Shown here: one piece after another, positions 25,595 to 28,347 of the stretch | How the letters are laid out: each line of letters opens with the position of its first letter | Numbering within the stretch: the first letter of the stretch is position 1 | IMG/VR virus record: IMGVR_UViG_3300027820_000416 | Span: 1 to 28,347 of that record | Direction: 5' to 3' (one strand) | DNA length: 28,347 bases | Source of the DNA: a virus | Lineage: Duplodnaviria > Caudoviricetes | Program-made: the position numbers and the translations under genes | The notes under the pieces: generated by a model | Told to the model about the DNA's origin: nothing | The model's database searches: none | What the model saw: the letters and a program-made list of their open reading frames with translations, nothing else

Positions 25595-27376
25595 ATGCAA
25601 CTTTCACTCTTAGACAATCCGATCGAGAAGGGATTTGAGTCTCTGTATCGACCGCGCGACTACCAGCATCGGGCGATCCGGAAATTCTACAGCCTGATCG
25701 ATGGCGGTAGTCCGGGCGCAATCGTGCGGATGCCGACTGGTTCCGGCAAGACCTTCTTGGGGACGTGGATTGCGGATGAGTGGACGCGGCGCGGAAGCGA
25801 TCACTTTGTGATGATCTTAGCCCATGAACGGCAGCTGGTCTCACAGTTTGCCGAAGAAGTCGAAGATCTTCTCGGAGAAAGCCCAGGACTCGAGATGTCG
25901 ACCGATGGCCGTGTGGACTTTGGACCGCGAGCACCGCAGATCATCGTCGCATCGCGGGCAACGCTCGGGTTGGACCGAAAAGGTCGGTCGAGACTGTACA
26001 AATTCAATCCAAACCTGAATTGGCTGGTCATCTTCGACGAAGCTCATCGTTACAAGTACGGGATGACGAGCACGCAACACATCGTCGATCACTTCGAGCA
26101 AAACCCAAACAGCAAGCGACTCGGTCTGACGGCCACCCCAGAACGTGGAGACGGTGTCTCACTGGAGCGACTATTCCCGGACGTCGCTCTGGACTATCGA
26201 TATTTTGAAATCAGTGGCGGTCCGTGTGCTGTGAATGACGGCTGGGCGGTGGAGTACGACCAACGCTTCGTTCATGTGCATGGCGTGGACTTCAAGAAGC
26301 TCAACGAAGTTGCCGGTGATTTTGACAAGGATGAATTAGAAGCCGTCCTCAGTGAGCGTGAGACGTTACTGTCGATGGTCAAGCCGACGATCGATCTGGT
26401 TGAAGATCGACAGACGATCATCTTCAACCCGACCGTAAACATGGCCAAATGGGTCGCTCACACTCTCAATGAGTTTGTTCCCGGTGGGGCACAGAGTTTA
26501 GACGGCAGCTGCCCGGACGATCAGCGTCGGGACGTCTTTCGCCGGCATCAACGTGGTGAGTTTCAATTCCTGTCGGTCTGCGGACTTTGCCGAGAAGGTT
26601 ACAACGACCCCAACATCGGTGCGGTGGCTGTGTTCAGGCCGACGAAGTCACGTTCATTGGCAGAACAAATGAAAGGCCGCGGCTGTCGTCCGCTGCGTGG
26701 ATTGGTTGATGGTTTGGAAACGGCGGAGGAGCGTCGCGCGGCAATCGCAGCATCCGAGAAGCCCAACTGCATGATCGTCGATCTCGTGGGCGTTTCCGGT
26801 CTTCCTGCTGTGGCAACGACGGCACACCTTTTAGCGACTGGCAAGCCCGATGCCGTGATCGACCGTGCCAACAAGAACGCGATGGAAGCGGACGGGACCG
26901 TTGACATGGCCGAGGAAATCACCAAAGCAGAAAAGCAGATTGCCGATGAGGAAGCGGCCAAAGCCCGGCGCGAACGTGAAGAGCGGGAAGCGGCGGAGCT
27001 TCGTGAAGCAGAGAGGCGAGCCAAGCTCAAAGCTGAAGTTTCCTACAGTTCCGAGCGCGTCTCGATAGGGCGACCTGTTGGATCACAAACGGCGGTAACG
27101 CGATCACCAGCTGCACTCGCAACTGAGAGGCAGATTGCAGCACTGGTGAGAATGGGCGTACCTCGTGAAACGTCGGAGGGCTATTCCAAGCGGCAAGCGT
27201 CAGCCGTGATTGCTTCGATGCGAAAGCAAAAGTCCAGGCAGCAATTCACCGGGCAAGCAACCGAGCGTCAGCGACACGTTTTGGAAAAGCATGGCTATCG
27301 AGCCGACGTCAGCGCAGCGGAAGCGGCACGGATCATTGTCGAAGAAATCAACCCCAAACTACAGGCGGTGAGGTAA
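25595..27376 (+). CDS. SF2 DEAD/DEAH-box helicase
   Basis: RDYQ, MPTGSGKT, DEAH, LTATP, EGYNDP, QMKGRG motifs. Confidence 0.9.
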   Translation: MQLSLLDNPIEKGFESLYRPRDYQHRAIRKFYSLIDGGSPGAIVRMPTGSGKTFLGTWIADEWTRRGSDHFVMILAHERQLVSQFAEEVEDLLGESPGLEMSTDGRVDFGPRAPQIIVASRATLGLDRKGRSRLYKFNPNLNWLVIFDEAHRYKYGMTSTQHIVDHFEQNPNSKRLGLTATPERGDGVSLERLFPDVALDYRYFEISGGPCAVNDGWAVEYDQRFVHVHGVDFKKLNEVAGDFDKDELEAVLSERETLLSMVKPTIDLVEDRQTIIFNPTVNMAKWVAHTLNEFVPGGAQSLDGSCPDDQRRDVFRRHQRGEFQFLSVCGLCREGYNDPNIGAVAVFRPTKSRSLAEQMKGRGCRPLRGLVDGLETAEERRAAIAASEKPNCMIVDLVGVSGLPAVATTAHLLATGKPDAVIDRANKNAMEADGTVDMAEEITKAEKQIADEEAAKARREREEREAAELREAERRAKLKAEVSYSSERVSIGRPVGSQTAVTRSPAALATERQIAALVRMGVPRETSEGYSKRQASAVIASMRKQKSRQQFTGQATERQRHVLEKHGYRADVSAAEAARIIVEEINPKLQAVR

Positions 27377-27379
27377 CGG

Positions 27380-27832
27380 ATGGCGAGTTTCAACAAGGTA
27401 ATCATTGCAGGTCATCTCACGCGAGATCCGGACGTCCGCTACCTTCCCAACGGGACAGCGGTTTGCGATTTCTCAGTGGCCGTCAACCGCAAGTGGTATG
27501 ACCAGCAGTCCAACACCACGAAAGAGGAAGTCTCATTTGTTGATCTGACCGTATTCGGGAAACAGGCCGAGAACCTCCAGCAGTATCAGTCCAAAGGCGG
27601 CAACGTTCTGGTTGAAGGTCGTTTGAAACAGGAAACCTGGAACGACAAACAAACCGGACAAGCAAGGAGCAAGCTCAAGGTGATCGCGGAAGGCGTGACT
27701 TACCTTGGGTCGAAAAGCAACAACTCGGGTGGCGGTGGTCAGTCGTCACAGTCGGGAGGGAACTACGGCAGCGACGGTCATGGAGGTGGAGAGAATCCTT
27801 CGGCTGGTCCGGATCAAGACGTTCCCTTTTAG
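27380..27832 (+). CDS. ssb: Single-stranded DNA-binding protein
   Basis: FNKVII.G.LTRDP.VRY, VEGRL...W, Gly-rich linker, C-terminal DVPF. Confidence 0.95.
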   Translation: MASFNKVIIAGHLTRDPDVRYLPNGTAVCDFSVAVNRKWYDQQSNTTKEEVSFVDLTVFGKQAENLQQYQSKGGNVLVEGRLKQETWNDKQTGQARSKLKVIAEGVTYLGSKSNNSGGGGQSSQSGGNYGSDGHGGGENPSAGPDQDVPF

Positions 27833-27875
27833 GTTTCAGAATGACTACTGGTCATCCAGCAATCAGAGGAGAGAA

Positions 27876-28220
27876 ATGCGAATGGTAGAGAGAACAATTG
27901 CCAACGCAACAATCAGTTCAACGAAACTCGGATTCGATAGAGGCGTGTTTCTTTGTGCGTGGCTACATCTGAACTATGGAGGAAGTGGTCAGGGTTTCGG
28001 CGGATTCGTTCTTGATAACTCATCAAAGCCAATCGGCGAGAACTACGCTGGTAGATACTTGACGCAACTCCTGGAAACAGTCGGTGTCGAGAAGTGGGAG
28101 GATCTTGAAGGCAAGCACGTGCGAGCGGAATTCGACAACAGCAGAGTCTATCGAATAGGTCACATCATCAAGGACAAATGGTTTGACCCTGAAGAACTCA
28201 ACAAGGCTGCGAAGACGTAA
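27876..28220 (+). CDS. Hypothetical phage protein
   Basis: RBS GAGGAG; GSGQGFGG...VGVEKWEDL.GK..R...IGHII.DKWF. Start 27876 or 27882. Confidence 0.7.
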   Translation: MRMVERTIANATISSTKLGFDRGVFLCAWLHLNYGGSGQGFGGFVLDNSSKPIGENYAGRYLTQLLETVGVEKWEDLEGKHVRAEFDNSRVYRIGHIIKDKWFDPEELNKAAKT

Positions 28221-28253
28221 TGACAACTAGACAACCTGCGTTCGGGGTTTGAA

Positions 28254-28347
28254 ATGAACGACGATGACTTACTGAAGTGCGAGCGTTGCGGGTCCACCGA
28301 GGAGACTAGGATGGTCAAGCCGCGCAAGTCGTGGGGAGCAGCCGGGC
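28254..28347 (+). CDS. Partial hypothetical protein with CxxC (runs off window)
   Basis: MNDDDLLKCERCGS... open to the window end. Confidence 0.4.
   Translation, partial: MNDDDLLKCERCGSTEETRMVKPRKSWGAAG

Larger units (their letters stand above)
1..28347 (+). mobile_element. Temperate siphovirus-like phage genome segment (probably excised/attP form; likely Planctomycetota host)
   Basis: Contiguous terminase-portal-capsid-tail-tape measure operon, integrase with attP-like arms, replication/recombination genes; no host housekeeping genes in the window. Confidence 0.93.

Overview
The whole window is part of a temperate, long-tailed (siphovirus-like) phage genome; a Planctomycetota host is inferred from protein style, not proven. 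Gene order: lambda-like packaging/head module (terminase large subunit, Ogr-like zinc finger, gpW-like, portal, protease-capsid fusion, DUF2190-like), neck/tail module (tail tube, chaperones with a probable -1 frameshift, tape measure, tail-tip and Cys-rich proteins), three reverse-strand membrane accessory genes, a solo LexA-type wHTH regulator, a tyrosine integrase followed by an apparently intact attP and an excisionase, then an early region (two CAT tRNA/tRNA-like genes, CsrA with flanking GGA hairpins, ERF recombinase, ParB-like proteins, SF2 helicase, SSB). The stand-out feature is at 21595-23271: a stand-alone 191-aa Cas7/RAMP-like gene surrounded by five non-coding tracts with strict 5-nt periodicity (conserved GGC/GNC-like triplet plus variable dinucleotide, 12-16 units each). 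All five end in an AA-GGC-AA-GGT-TTT-like motif, and three are arranged in tandem, joined by a conserved linker containing ATTGAAAC. There is no cas1/cas2/cas3 and no classical CRISPR array. This looks like a compact phage-encoded RNA-guided system with a non-contiguous guide code (similar, from memory, to the recently reported VIPR systems; to be verified).
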